IMG/VR virus record: IMGVR_UViG_3300017528_000567
Coordinates: 1-64,000 of that record
Length of the DNA: 64,000 nt
Strand: one strand, 5' to 3'
Made by a program: the position numbers and the translations under genes. Under the pieces are notes generated by a model. It saw only the letters and a program-made list of their open reading frames with translations, did not search any database and was not told the DNA's origin. Each line of letters opens with the position of its first letter. Position 1 is the stretch's first letter. This document shows positions 1 to 8,905 of this stretch, piece by piece.

Positions 1-297
1 ATGGGAACGAAGTTGAAACTGGTTGCACAGAAGATCGACATCAGCACCGCGATCCACCAGATCTCGGAAATGACTGCACGTAACGACCACACGGCCGCCT
101 ATGTAGCCGGCGCCAAGGCTCTCGGGGCGAAGGAGCTCGCAAAGAAGCTCGACCTGGTGCGGCAGCTTGTAGACTTGGAGGGCTGTTTACCCTCAAAGCT
201 GTCCGACTACCGGCACGGGCTATACGAACAGCTCATGGCGTTCGCGAAGCAGGAGCTTAGCGCCAAGGATTTCGACCAGTTCTACCGCGCGTTTTGA
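1..297 (+). CDS. hypothetical phage protein (may be 5'-truncated at the window edge)
   Basis: 98-aa helical ORF starting at base 1; upstream context not visible. Confidence 0.6.
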   Translation: MGTKLKLVAQKIDISTAIHQISEMTARNDHTAAYVAGAKALGAKELAKKLDLVRQLVDLEGCLPSKLSDYRHGLYEQLMAFAKQELSAKDFDQFYRAF

Positions 298-337
298 CCA
301 ACCTGGGAGCATTGGGCGGCGTCTCCCCGCCCAATGT

Positions 338-1039
338 CTACACCGCACCGTGTAGACGCTTCATCTCGTCTTGCTTATCGCCAGATGTTGCCCAGCTCGG
401 GTTGCCAATCCTAGGCCCGTGCTGCCATCTGGCGTCCGTCGTTTTAACGAGCTTGGCTCCGTAGGCCTGACCCGCCCTTTCAATGACTTGCTTCATTTTT
501 GCCGACAAGCTCACCCCAATCTGATACCCGTACTTGCCGTTGGGCAATGCGGCAATCAGGACGTAGTAGGGCTTGGTCTCCGCATCCTGGACGTAGGTCT
601 CATCACTCTTCTGGGTGACGAAATCGCTACCCATCTGCGCGTTGATGATCTTCACGTACCGCAGCCACTCCTCCCCATGCCCATCGCTGCGGCGCAAATC
701 TTGAAGGTACCCGCGCACGTACGGCCCCGCTTCGGAGCCTCTCTCCAGCACAATGGCCTGCATGGCCTTGATGGCGTCTAGAAAGGCCGCGTGATGGGCC
801 ATCTCATGCGCCACTACCCGCTCGAGTGTGGCCAGGTTACCCGTCACAGTCTTCTGAACCTCTATCGTGCTGGTCGGCTGCCCGGGGGTCCACTTGCAGG
901 TGCCCAGGTTCCTCGCACCAATGGCATTCTTCACCTTCACGACTGGCGCGACGTCCAGGCCCAACATCGACATGTACTTCGCTACCAAGCCGTGCAGGTC
1001 GGCAGAGGCGATATGTATGTCGCGGTAGTCGTAGGTCAT
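338..1039 (-). CDS. SprT-like zinc metalloprotease
   Basis: HEMAH (HExxH) motif plus downstream GHGEEW; 'RNLGTC' strand before the active site as in SprT; start set at ATG 1039 (MTYDYR). Confidence 0.75.
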   Translation of the reverse strand: MTYDYRDIHIASADLHGLVAKYMSMLGLDVAPVVKVKNAIGARNLGTCKWTPGQPTSTIEVQKTVTGNLATLERVVAHEMAHHAAFLDAIKAMQAIVLERGSEAGPYVRGYLQDLRRSDGHGEEWLRYVKIINAQMGSDFVTQKSDETYVQDAETKPYYVLIAALPNGKYGYQIGVSLSAKMKQVIERAGQAYGAKLVKTTDARWQHGPRIGNPSWATSGDKQDEMKRLHGAV

Positions 1040-1085
1040 AGGCAAGGCCCTATCCCGGCTTGTTGAGTGGCCTCGGGGAGCTGCC

Positions 1086-1523
1086 TTAGTTCAGCGGGCT
1101 CACGTGAGGGCGGCCCTGCACGGGCTTGAAGTCCTTTTCCAAGACGTCGGCAAGAAGGTCGGCCCCGTTGGCCTTATCGATGAATTTGGCGGCATACTTT
1201 CGCGCCTTTTCAAACGAATCAAACTGCTTCTTGCGCTGGTAGGTGCCGTCAGGGGTGTCGACCTCTACACCGAACTGATCACCGTCCTCGTAGATGCCCC
1301 ACGAGTGTTTGACCCCGCCAGCAAACTGAGCTCGCGCAAGCCAGACGCCGTCTTTGACTTCCTTCCAACCAATCGTCTCGCTAGGTGTGACCTTAGCGAG
1401 CCGAAGACTGAGATCTTCAAGAGCAGACGCAATGCGCCGCCGTGAGGGACGTTCACTCTGCGCGTAAGCAAGGAGGCGGCGCAGTTCGGATTGTAGTTCG
1501 GACGTGTTAGCGATCTTGCGCAT
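1086..1523 (-). CDS. MRKIAN-module protein 1 (tag plus unrelated C-terminal domain)
   Basis: Starts MRKIANTSELQSELRRLLAYAQSERPSR; same module at 8338 and 9294; AAAGG SD-like site upstream. Confidence 0.8.
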   Translation of the reverse strand: MRKIANTSELQSELRRLLAYAQSERPSRRRIASALEDLSLRLAKVTPSETIGWKEVKDGVWLARAQFAGGVKHSWGIYEDGDQFGVEVDTPDGTYQRKKQFDSFEKARKYAAKFIDKANGADLLADVLEKDFKPVQGRPHVSPLN

Positions 1524-1541
1524 GGGGTCGGTGCCTTTCAA

Positions 1542-1567
1542 GAGGCCCGGACTTGTGCGCCGTGCCC
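1542..1567 (-). promoter_or_regulatory. conserved 5'-leader hairpin of an MRKIAN gene
   Basis: GGGCACGGC-GCACAA-GTCCGGGCCTC. Confidence 0.7.
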
Positions 1568-1653
1568 TGTCACAGAGCTCGCCGCACAAGTGGTTTACTG
1601 CCTGCTTGCTCCCGTTAGGAACGTGGCAGAAATCTTTATACATCCGCTGCGAT

Positions 1654-2853
1654 ATGTTTGACCTTTTTGCGGCTCGTTCGACCCTGACCCTTGACGATGC
1701 CAAGCGAGTATTGGGTGTCCCGCCGGGCGGCTACATGTCTCCCGATGATCTCAAGGCGATCTACCGGCAGAAGGCGCAAGCGGCGCACCCTGACAAGGGC
1801 GGGACGATCAAGCAAATCCAAGATGTGAATGAGGCCTACGACATCTTGCGGGGCAAGGCCAAACCCGCGATGGCGCCGTCATATGATTACCGTCCCCCGC
1901 CGCCGCCCCCTCCCACGCCAAAGCGCGCCGGCCCGATCACCCCAGTCCAGCTAGGCGAGATCGTGGCGTACGCCCGGCACTTCGCCATGAATGCCTTGGA
2001 ATGGAGGAAGCTGGGCTTGCATCGGATTGTGCCGTTTGAGACCAACGCATCCGCCTTCTCTCATCTGACCGATGCCGAAGGATACGCAATATTGAGGATT
2101 CTCAGACAGTGGCGAGAGGATGCTCCAAACGAGCCACTGGCGACGCCAGCGCAAGTCGGCGAGATCCTGCGGCTCCTGCGTTCGTACGAGCAGTACATCA
2201 ATGTCAACCCATCCACATGGGACGACCTCGGGCTCTATCGGATCATCCCATATCCGAACCGCGGAGAAATGGATATCAGGCGCTGGACTGAGGACCAAGC
2301 TGAGAAGGTCCTGCGTATTTTGCGCCCCGCCGTCACATGGGCTGAGAAGTCAAAGCAGCATCAACAACCACCGCCGCCGCCGAAGGCGAAACAGCCACCG
2401 GCCACGAAGAAACAGATCGACCAGATCATACGTCTAAAGCTCACACACGACGAGTGGTATGCGTTCGGGTTGAATCGGATCTCACGCTTCCCAGGAGAGC
2501 TTGCGGACTACTACGATTTGACCGAGGACGACGCGAAAGAAATCCTCGCGATTGTGAAGCAGGCGCGTAAGCCAGCGACCAAGAAACGCGCGCCGCGATC
2601 GAGCCCCTCATCCGAACCCACCTCGCGTGCACGTGAACGCATGTATGAGGCCTACGACCGAGCCGACGGAGACCACGAATTCAAGTTCACAAAAATGCTC
2701 GTCGCGTTGCGTAAGCGCATCAAGGCGACCACGGACCCGGCGAAACGCGCCGGTATCGTCGACATGCTTCGAGAAGAGCTCAACAATCATCGCTGGAGCA
2801 TAGCGGACAAGGTCGTGTTCCGGCACATCCTAGACGTAGAGCTGAGGGCCTGA
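1654..2853 (+). CDS. DnaJ (J-domain) protein with three ~60-aa internal repeats
   Basis: AKRVLGV...YRQKAQAAHPDKGG...VNEAYDIL is a J-domain with the HPD motif; repeats begin ITPVQLGEI / ATPAQVGEI / ATKKQIDQI. Confidence 0.85.
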   Translation: MFDLFAARSTLTLDDAKRVLGVPPGGYMSPDDLKAIYRQKAQAAHPDKGGTIKQIQDVNEAYDILRGKAKPAMAPSYDYRPPPPPPPTPKRAGPITPVQLGEIVAYARHFAMNALEWRKLGLHRIVPFETNASAFSHLTDAEGYAILRILRQWREDAPNEPLATPAQVGEILRLLRSYEQYINVNPSTWDDLGLYRIIPYPNRGEMDIRRWTEDQAEKVLRILRPAVTWAEKSKQHQQPPPPPKAKQPPATKKQIDQIIRLKLTHDEWYAFGLNRISRFPGELADYYDLTEDDAKEILAIVKQARKPATKKRAPRSSPSSEPTSRARERMYEAYDRADGDHEFKFTKMLVALRKRIKATTDPAKRAGIVDMLREELNNHRWSIADKVVFRHILDVELRA

Positions 2854-2926
2854 TGGACGCTCAAGGGCACATCGCCGCACGAGTCCTATGGCGATTCTCT
2901 GCGGCTTCGTGAAGACGGCCCGTGTG

Positions 2927-2961
2927 CTTGAAGTTTAGCCCCTGTCGATTGTCTTGAGGGC
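2927..2961 (+). promoter_or_regulatory. class-I promoter-like motif
   Basis: CTTGAAG-N13-GATTGT-N9-ATG. Confidence 0.8.
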
Positions 2962-3429
2962 ATGACCCAACAAATCACAACCAAGTCAGACGTTGCCCCG
3001 GCCCCGCGCACGGCGTATGCCACACCCGCTGAGAACATTGGCAAAGCCATTGACCTCCTGAACTACCTGCCAAACGGAGTGGCGGCGTGGGTCGAGGCAC
3101 ACGACGGCAATCAAGAGTTGGCTGAAGCAAACGGGGAGCAAATCAAGCAGCTCGTGAACCAACTGGGGGCGATTCTGGCCTCTATGCCAAGATCAGCGGT
3201 CTACAACGTGTACGGAGTAGGCGACAAAACCTTGACCTTCTCGAGCTCGGCAGAGTTGATCGCGGCAATGGCCGGCATGGGAATCAAACATGTTGGCTAC
3301 TCATCTAGGACATCACGCCTTCGCCCCGAGCTGAAAGGGCAACCCACATTCACGTCGCTCAACGGCCCCATGTACGACGGCGGAGGCAAGATCAGATATG
3401 AAGGCCGCGGTGTGGGCACCATGTACTAG
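2962..3429 (+). CDS. hypothetical protein (C-terminal GQP...GPM...RYE motif)
   Basis: 155-aa ORF directly after a class-I promoter motif. Confidence 0.75.
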   Translation: MTQQITTKSDVAPAPRTAYATPAENIGKAIDLLNYLPNGVAAWVEAHDGNQELAEANGEQIKQLVNQLGAILASMPRSAVYNVYGVGDKTLTFSSSAELIAAMAGMGIKHVGYSSRTSRLRPELKGQPTFTSLNGPMYDGGGKIRYEGRGVGTMY

Positions 3430-3430
3430 G

Positions 3431-4252
3431 TCACAGTCGCAACGCCTTCAGCGCGGTGAACTTGTCCGGAGCCTTGGCCTTAAGATGGCCGGGCTCCAGT
3501 GCATAGCTCGCGAAGGACTCTGCGAAGTCTTCAATGTTTGGCTTGCTCTCCGCATAGTCAGAGATGAAAGGCGGCTGACCCCACGGCGGCGCGTTGAGGT
3601 CGACGTGGTGCCGCTCCTCAACACCATGCCCCAGCTCGTGAGTGATGTAGGTCGCCAAGACGTCGATACTAGGCACGTGCCCCTCTCGGAGCACTAGGCG
3701 CATTGTGCCTTGACCATCCCAAGAGGCGTCCTCTGAACCGCGGGCCTTGTTCGCCAGCAGTATCTTGCTCACGACGCCCATGGCGCGTTTTGCGGGCGCC
3801 TTGAGCTTTTTGAAGGCTCGGCTCCACAGCGCTATTAGCTCTGGTGCGTCCTTGCGGTGTTCGAGCGAGCCCTCGTAGGTGACGTTCTTCCCGGTGATTT
3901 TCTCGAGCTCGCGGCGGGCGTCGTAGAACGAGGCCTCCGGCTTGCTCTTCGGGGCTCGCGGCATTGCCACGTCTTTCAGCTCGGCGACCTGTGGCGGTTC
4001 GAGGCCCGACCAGCCCTCGAACCATTGGAACAGCTCGCCAACGGTCTTCGGGACGTCATACACGTCATTCGCCGCAATCTGTTTCAACCAGCTTTGCGTA
4101 CGGCGAATCGTCGACGTCCAGCCCCCGCGCCACTCGGACGTTTCGGAGGTGTTCTCCGCCTCCATGAACGCGATGAGCTTTTGCAGATAGGGGGCAGTGA
4201 CGGGCGCCGATTCGACAAACCGCGCCAGCACGGCGTGAGCAACGGAGTACAT
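3431..4252 (-). CDS. zinc-dependent metallopeptidase (HExxH, anthrax-LF/MuF-associated type)
   Basis: THELGH plus downstream SDYA...EDFAESF; N-terminal AVLARFVESA motif; start uncertain. Confidence 0.7.
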   Translation of the reverse strand: MYSVAHAVLARFVESAPVTAPYLQKLIAFMEAENTSETSEWRGGWTSTIRRTQSWLKQIAANDVYDVPKTVGELFQWFEGWSGLEPPQVAELKDVAMPRAPKSKPEASFYDARRELEKITGKNVTYEGSLEHRKDAPELIALWSRAFKKLKAPAKRAMGVVSKILLANKARGSEDASWDGQGTMRLVLREGHVPSIDVLATYITHELGHGVEERHHVDLNAPPWGQPPFISDYAESKPNIEDFAESFASYALEPGHLKAKAPDKFTALKALRL

Positions 4253-4293
4253 GTAGAGGGAGCTTGAAAAGACCTCTACCGACCCCGTTGGCA

Positions 4294-4608
4294 TCATGCT
4301 CCTAGTCGCTCCCTGACCTGCTGCAGAACGCCGGTCTCCTCCCGCATCCACCGATCGAGGCGGCTGGTCTCAAAGCTGTCCACCGGCTCAGCTAAATAGG
4401 TGGTGGCCGGTCTAAACACAAAGGATAGACCTTCGGGAGAGGTGAGCTCCTCGGGCGCTTCGTAGGGGTCGTCACTCCCTACCCCGCGTAACTTCCAACC
4501 AAGCGCGCGTGCAACACTGACCCATGCAGACATGGAGGCAGGAGTTGCCTTGAGCACCTCTTTAAATATACCGACACCCGGAGACTGATTTTTGCGCTTC
4601 TTGGTCAT
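4294..4608 (-). CDS. hypothetical protein
   Basis: 104-aa ORF MTKKRKNQ...; GAGGGA upstream. Confidence 0.6.
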   Translation of the reverse strand: MTKKRKNQSPGVGIFKEVLKATPASMSAWVSVARALGWKLRGVGSDDPYEAPEELTSPEGLSFVFRPATTYLAEPVDSFETSRLDRWMREETGVLQQVRERLGA

Positions 4609-4636
4609 ACCGTGTCCCTCAATGTACGCTGCAATG

Positions 4637-4852
4637 CTAGTCAACGAGAGATTCGCCAACCTCAAGAATGTCGTAGCCGGTGGACTCGATTGCGGCACTC
4701 ATTGCGGCATCTACCGCCGCATCCTCCGAGCTCGCCAGTGCGACGCACCGAAACCTGGAGGGAAGATCCACCGCATGGATGGGACCGGCCTGGTCGCAGG
4801 TGGAGTCGCCCCAAGTGATATTGCGGAGAGTGACGGTATAACGCCGCGGCAT
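4637..4852 (-). CDS. hypothetical protein
   Basis: 71-aa ORF MPRRYTVTLRNITW; ATG sits 9 nt after a class-I promoter motif. Confidence 0.7.
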   Translation of the reverse strand: MPRRYTVTLRNITWGDSTCDQAGPIHAVDLPSRFRCVALASSEDAAVDAAMSAAIESTGYDILEVGESLVD

Positions 4853-4887
4853 GTCCTGAAGACAATCGACACGGGGCAAACTTCAAG
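4853..4887 (-). promoter_or_regulatory. class-I promoter-like motif
   Basis: CTTGAAG-N13-GATTGT-N9-ATG. Confidence 0.8.
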
Positions 4888-5029
4888 GGCACCAGCTGGT
4901 CGTCGAGCTGGCGGAATGGACCCAGCTTACGGGCTCGTCGCAAACCGTTTATGACACATCATGTGAAACGGGTTACGATGTGTGCACGAACGGCACTCCA
5001 ACAATCCTGTGGTAGAAATAGACAGACCC

Positions 5030-5725
5030 ATGACCTACGACTTTCGACGTGAGGCGTCGGACGCCAAGAAGGCACTCAAGGATCTCTACCTGTGGCTCCG
5101 CGGCAAGTACGATCAAGGGTATGGCAACCGTATGAGCCCTCAGCTTGAGGCCGGCCTGCGTGCGTTGGGTGTCGAGCCTGGTGATGAGCTGCCACGGCGT
5201 CCGTCCGGCGCGGTGCCACGTGCTCTGTACGATCTGGTAGTGATGGCTGGAGAGCACCACGTGTATGAGTCCGATCGCGAAGTGCTTCTTGAAGCTGCCA
5301 ACAAGGCGCTCGGCGGCAACGGCCACGAGCTACCGGGGGAAGCAGCGCCAAAGTCCTCATTCACTCGCAACAGCAAGTGTCCGAAATGCGGCAATCCCGG
5401 TCCTCACGAGGACAACGGGAAGAAGGGCCGCGATCAGGTGTTCTACTGCGACGAATGTGGCAAGGCGTTCGGCGGCACCATGATGAACCTGTCAGCTGCC
5501 GGTCGACCGGTCGCGACTTCCGATGGGGAGATCATGTTGGACCTGTACGATTTGACTGGTGACCATGAGCCGGTGTCGCTCGCTCAGTTCATTGCAGACA
5601 ACAGTGCCCCAGATGTGGCACCGCTGGACCTCCAAGACATTGCTGCGTTGCGTCGGCTCCGCGTCGGACAGCACGTTTACCTCGGGATTGGCGGCGGTGG
5701 CGTCAAGATCAAGCGCATCGGGTGA
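5030..5725 (+). CDS. hypothetical protein with zinc ribbon
   Basis: CPKCG...FYCDECGK; starts MTYDFR, similar to the 1039 gene. Confidence 0.7.
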   Translation: MTYDFRREASDAKKALKDLYLWLRGKYDQGYGNRMSPQLEAGLRALGVEPGDELPRRPSGAVPRALYDLVVMAGEHHVYESDREVLLEAANKALGGNGHELPGEAAPKSSFTRNSKCPKCGNPGPHEDNGKKGRDQVFYCDECGKAFGGTMMNLSAAGRPVATSDGEIMLDLYDLTGDHEPVSLAQFIADNSAPDVAPLDLQDIAALRRLRVGQHVYLGIGGGGVKIKRIG

Positions 5726-5866
5726 CCTGATTTCCCAGAAAGCTCGCAGAGGCTGGTCGGGATGGACTGCCTCGTGAATGACGCACTTGGTGTAGCCGTA
5801 GGCATGAGCCTCGCCTACACCAGACCTTGACATTCTTCCTGTCTTGGAAGTATCGAGAGTTATACA

Positions 5867-6079
5867 ATGTACAATTCTCGAGCTAGTACGACCAAGCCGC
5901 TCCTTATCGAGGAAAACGTCCCGCCGAGACGCAAGCCAATCGACTGGGAGGTCTTGACTGCGGATGAGCTCGGCGACCTCGCGCGTCACGGCAAGGATAG
6001 TTCGACCAAGAACACCGCCCTCATGCATCTAGTCAAGCGAGCGAGCATCGTCGATCCGCACGTCCGCAAAACGGCCTAG
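5867..6079 (+). CDS. hypothetical protein
   Basis: 70-aa ORF; TTGACA at 5827 upstream. Confidence 0.45.
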   Translation: MYNSRASTTKPLLIEENVPPRRKPIDWEVLTADELGDLARHGKDSSTKNTALMHLVKRASIVDPHVRKTA

Positions 6080-6104
6080 AGCATGCGCGGAGCTCAGTGC
6101 TTGC

Positions 6105-6139
6105 CTTGAAGTTCGACCGTTGTCGATTGTCTCTCACGG
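6105..6139 (+). promoter_or_regulatory. class-I promoter-like motif
   Basis: CTTGAAG-N13-GATTGT-N9-GTG. Confidence 0.8.
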
Positions 6140-6586
6140 GTGAGCAAGAGCTTGAAGAATCTCAGGGGGCTTCTGCCAGGTGGCTATGTTCGGGGAGAGA
6201 GGCTTAGCCTGGACCGTCTTGGCGACGCCCTGGCCGACGCAATCAACAGGATTGATCGGAGAGCCCGCTGTGTGGCTGAAGACGCCGGCCTGCCGGACCC
6301 CGCGCCGCGCTTCGGGCAAATCCTAGCCGACCTGCATGCGCTCTTGACTGGCGGTACGACCGGGGCGCGCAAGGCGGAAGTAGCAGCCGATCTCCTACAT
6401 GGAGAAGTTACGGGGACCACCCTAACCATCGGCAGCGTCACGCATGACATTGACTGGGTCGTGATGCGTGAAGTGACTGACCCGACAATCATCGTCGAGG
6501 ACGGCACGGTCATCTACCTGCGGAGCTGGGCCGACCACAGGGCCGCGCTGCTCAAGCTCGGCGCTGACCACGTCCCCGGGAGATAG
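6140..6586 (+). CDS. hypothetical protein
   Basis: 148-aa ORF; GTG start 9 nt after a class-I promoter motif. Confidence 0.7.
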   Translation: MSKSLKNLRGLLPGGYVRGERLSLDRLGDALADAINRIDRRARCVAEDAGLPDPAPRFGQILADLHALLTGGTTGARKAEVAADLLHGEVTGTTLTIGSVTHDIDWVVMREVTDPTIIVEDGTVIYLRSWADHRAALLKLGADHVPGR

Positions 6587-6595
6587 TCACCGGCT

Positions 6596-6619
6596 GGTGC
6601 CCGGATAGGCAGGGACTGG
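6596..6619 (+). repeat. half copy of the AATGGA-loop palindrome
   Basis: GGTGC-CCGGATAGGCAGGGACTGG; 3' arm missing. Confidence 0.6.
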
Positions 6620-6679
6620 CGGCTCGTTCGCGAGCGCTGCCTAGCCTAGAATCCTGGAGAAGTCCTACCTGAGAGCAGG

Positions 6680-7072
6680 CTAGGTGCTCAACGTTTTGTA
6701 GATGGTTGACCAGAAATCTGCGACATCGTTGTCGTCGAGGTGGTGCTGGAGCTTGCCTGTGGGCGCAGTGTCCATGATGCGCTCAGACGTTCTACGCGAT
6801 TTGGGAATGCGTGACGCCACCACGGCAATGATCCGCGCCACCACTACAGGTGCACCCGGCACCTGCTCTCCCGCTCCGCGGCAAGCCTTCCGAAACTTCC
6901 GCAACTTCTGCGCGAAGCTCTTCTCATGAAGTTGGGTCTCCAGCGTGAGCCCATTCTTGTGAGCCAGGCGCTGTAGGCAGAACATGCTAAACGCATTTGC
7001 GAGGCTGGACTCTAGTTCGTTTTCCAGCGCGTTCTGTGCTTCTGGCAGTGGCTTCGCAAGTGCAACCCTCAT
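6680..7072 (-). CDS. hypothetical protein, paralogous to the upstream ORF (LDDxDxAxFW motif)
   Basis: In frame with 7076..7510 across one TAG; C-terminus KLQHHLDDNDVADFWS. Confidence 0.6.
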   Translation of the reverse strand: MRVALAKPLPEAQNALENELESSLANAFSMFCLQRLAHKNGLTLETQLHEKSFAQKLRKFRKACRGAGEQVPGAPVVVARIIAVVASRIPKSRRTSERIMDTAPTGKLQHHLDDNDVADFWSTIYKTLST

Positions 7073-7075
7073 GAC

Positions 7076-7510
7076 CTACGGGATAGCACGTTCAGCGGCC
7101 ATGGTCTCATCGACGCGCGTCCAGAAACCTGCGGTGTCTTGGTCGTCCAACGTCACACGTAACTTGTTGATATCCGGGACCTTTTTAATGAACTCGCTGA
7201 CTGCCTTGCGACGAATTCGCTCATCCGCGCTCTTCACATCGGCAATTGTCTCCTGGACGGCCTTACCTCGATCGCTGAATCCTTGGATGGCGTGCTCCAT
7301 CGCGTTAGAGAACGCTGTCAACAGTTTTTTGACCTCGGTGTCCCATGCCGGAACCGAAGCCATGTACCCAGTCTTCCGACCTAGGCAAGCCTTGTAATAC
7401 TCCCGTAGTCCGCCTTTCAGGTGCTTGGCCAGGCCCGCTTTGTAAAGCACCCGATTGTGCGCCATCGCGAATAGGAATCGCCTCGTGATGCGCGTCGCCA
7501 AATCGTCCAT
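7076..7510 (-). CDS. hypothetical protein (N-terminal RITRRFL motif)
   Basis: 144-aa ORF; C-terminus KLRVTLDDQDTAGFWT. Confidence 0.7.
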   Translation of the reverse strand: MDDLATRITRRFLFAMAHNRVLYKAGLAKHLKGGLREYYKACLGRKTGYMASVPAWDTEVKKLLTAFSNAMEHAIQGFSDRGKAVQETIADVKSADERIRRKAVSEFIKKVPDINKLRVTLDDQDTAGFWTRVDETMAAERAIP

Positions 7511-7555
7511 GTATTGCTCGCCGCCAATTCTCGTGTCGGTGCTAGTCTCTCACTG

Positions 7556-7654
7556 TCAGCCTCGCAGCAGGGCACTGGTGCCTTGTGCCGCTGTTCCAAG
7601 TGTTCTGAGCTGCAGCTCGAGCTCCAGTTCACTCGTATTGGCGATCTTGCGCAT
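7556..7654 (-). pseudogene. truncated MRKIAN-module ORF (32 aa)
   Basis: MRKIANTSELELELQL then diverges and stops; keeps the full conserved upstream element. Confidence 0.6.
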
Positions 7655-7675
7655 GGGTCTGGGCGATCCTTTCGA

Positions 7676-7701
7676 GAGGCTCGGACTTGTGCGCCGTGCC
7701 C
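7676..7701 (-). promoter_or_regulatory. conserved 5'-leader hairpin of an MRKIAN gene
   Basis: GGGCACGGC-GCACAA-GTCCGAGCCTC. Confidence 0.7.
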
Positions 7702-7768
7702 TTGTTACAGAGCTCGAACCACAAGTGCTTTACTGCGCAGAAACAACGACGCTAGCGTTGCCCCCAGC

Positions 7769-7775
7769 GGTGTAA
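7769..7775 (+). promoter_or_regulatory. class-II motif GGTGTAA
   Basis: 8 nt before ATG 7784. Confidence 0.7.
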
Positions 7776-7783
7776 CAACCCAC

Positions 7784-8260
7784 ATGGATGACATTCGGCC
7801 GCTCGGGTCCGTAGAAGTTAGATGCGCTTACCCAGGATGCAACTGGAGCTTCTGGGTAGATTGCCTGGACCCAAGGCTGCCCGTCGGGCCGTTTGATTGC
7901 GGGGCCGACCACCAAACGCAAGCGCGAGTCAACGCTGCCCTAGAGAAGCTAGACAATGCCGGCCTGGTCTATCAAACAGCCGCGGGACCTGGCTGTGGTT
8001 GCGGAGGGCCGACCCAAAAATCCGGGTGCGAGCCGCCTCCCGCGCAACCCCCTACGATGACGACCGGGTATCTGATGCTACGGCTGCGCGAACCGGACTT
8101 TGATGGGAGTCAAGAGATGTGGGCCGCGGGTCGATTTGCGTGGGCGACTTGGGCCTCTCTCGGCGATCTTGAGGCGCTTCCGTGCGACGCCGGGGCCTAT
8201 CATTGGATGCCCCTTGATGAGGCGAGTCGTAACCGCCCAGCGGGTTACACAGGCCCTTGA
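7784..8260 (+). CDS. Cys-rich hypothetical protein
   Basis: ATG 8 nt after GGTGTAA; CAYPGC, DC, CGCGG motifs. Confidence 0.7.
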   Translation: MDDIRPLGSVEVRCAYPGCNWSFWVDCLDPRLPVGPFDCGADHQTQARVNAALEKLDNAGLVYQTAAGPGCGCGGPTQKSGCEPPPAQPPTMTTGYLMLRLREPDFDGSQEMWAAGRFAWATWASLGDLEALPCDAGAYHWMPLDEASRNRPAGYTGP

Positions 8261-8293
8261 GCCAAGAAAGCTCTTATCTGCTGCGCTCTGTGA

Positions 8294-8316
8294 AGGCACG
8301 GCTGAGGTCCGGCCTC
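8294..8316 (+). promoter_or_regulatory. conserved 5'-leader hairpin of an MRKIAN gene
   Basis: AGGCACGGC-TGAG-GTCCGGCCTC. Confidence 0.7.
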
Positions 8317-8337
8317 AACCCAAGGGAGCCTTGACCG

Positions 8338-8883
8338 ATGCGTAAGATCGCCAACACCCACGAGCTACAGGACGAGCTGCGGAAGCTCATCGCTTACACA
8401 GGGAGCAATAGGCCCTCTAGAGAACGCATTGCTCTAGAACTGAAGACCCTTTCAACTCGGCTCGCTTCTAGTGGAGGCCCGCTCCTGGACGCCAAGGTCG
8501 AGTGGGCGGTGGAGCTCGGTGAGCTCATGAAAGCACGATTCAGCGGCGTCGGCGGCTGGCGAGACCACCACATCAACATCGACATGCACCGCACAAACTC
8601 TGGATGCACTGTCAATCTAGAGAGCCCCCTTGGATGGACTAGCAACATCTATATCGAGATGGGCGAAGGCGAGCAGGCAGTCCATGTCTATTTCAATGTG
8701 TCAGAGCCCAAGGATACGCCCACGGGTGCAGACGGATTGCCCGACCTCGACGCCATTGACCTGACCGACCTGATCGGGAAACAGAAACGCGAAAGCTTCC
8801 CTATCAAGGACCGCGAGCCTATGGCCAAGGCGATGATGGCCGTGTCACTGTGGATCTCGAAGCAGATTCAAAGCGGCCGTTGA
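8338..8883 (+). CDS. MRKIAN-module protein 2
   Basis: MRKIANTHELQDELRKLIAYTGSNRPSRERIALELKTLSTRLA. Confidence 0.85.
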   Translation: MRKIANTHELQDELRKLIAYTGSNRPSRERIALELKTLSTRLASSGGPLLDAKVEWAVELGELMKARFSGVGGWRDHHINIDMHRTNSGCTVNLESPLGWTSNIYIEMGEGEQAVHVYFNVSEPKDTPTGADGLPDLDAIDLTDLIGKQKRESFPIKDREPMAKAMMAVSLWISKQIQSGR

Positions 8884-8905
8884 CGTCGCTCTGCAGCGCG
8901 ACGCT

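Noticed and set aside
1037-1059. Degenerate fifth copy of the palindrome (CCGGGATAGGGCCTTGCCTAT on the minus strand)
   Set aside because: It lacks the AATGGA loop and most of the stem; too short to separate from chance.
5492-6028. Minus-strand 178-aa ORF
   Set aside because: It overlaps two plus-strand genes and has no recognisable motif.
6640-6684. CCTAGCCT/AGGCTAGG inverted repeat
   Set aside because: An 8-bp stem with a 29-nt loop and no U-tract is weak.
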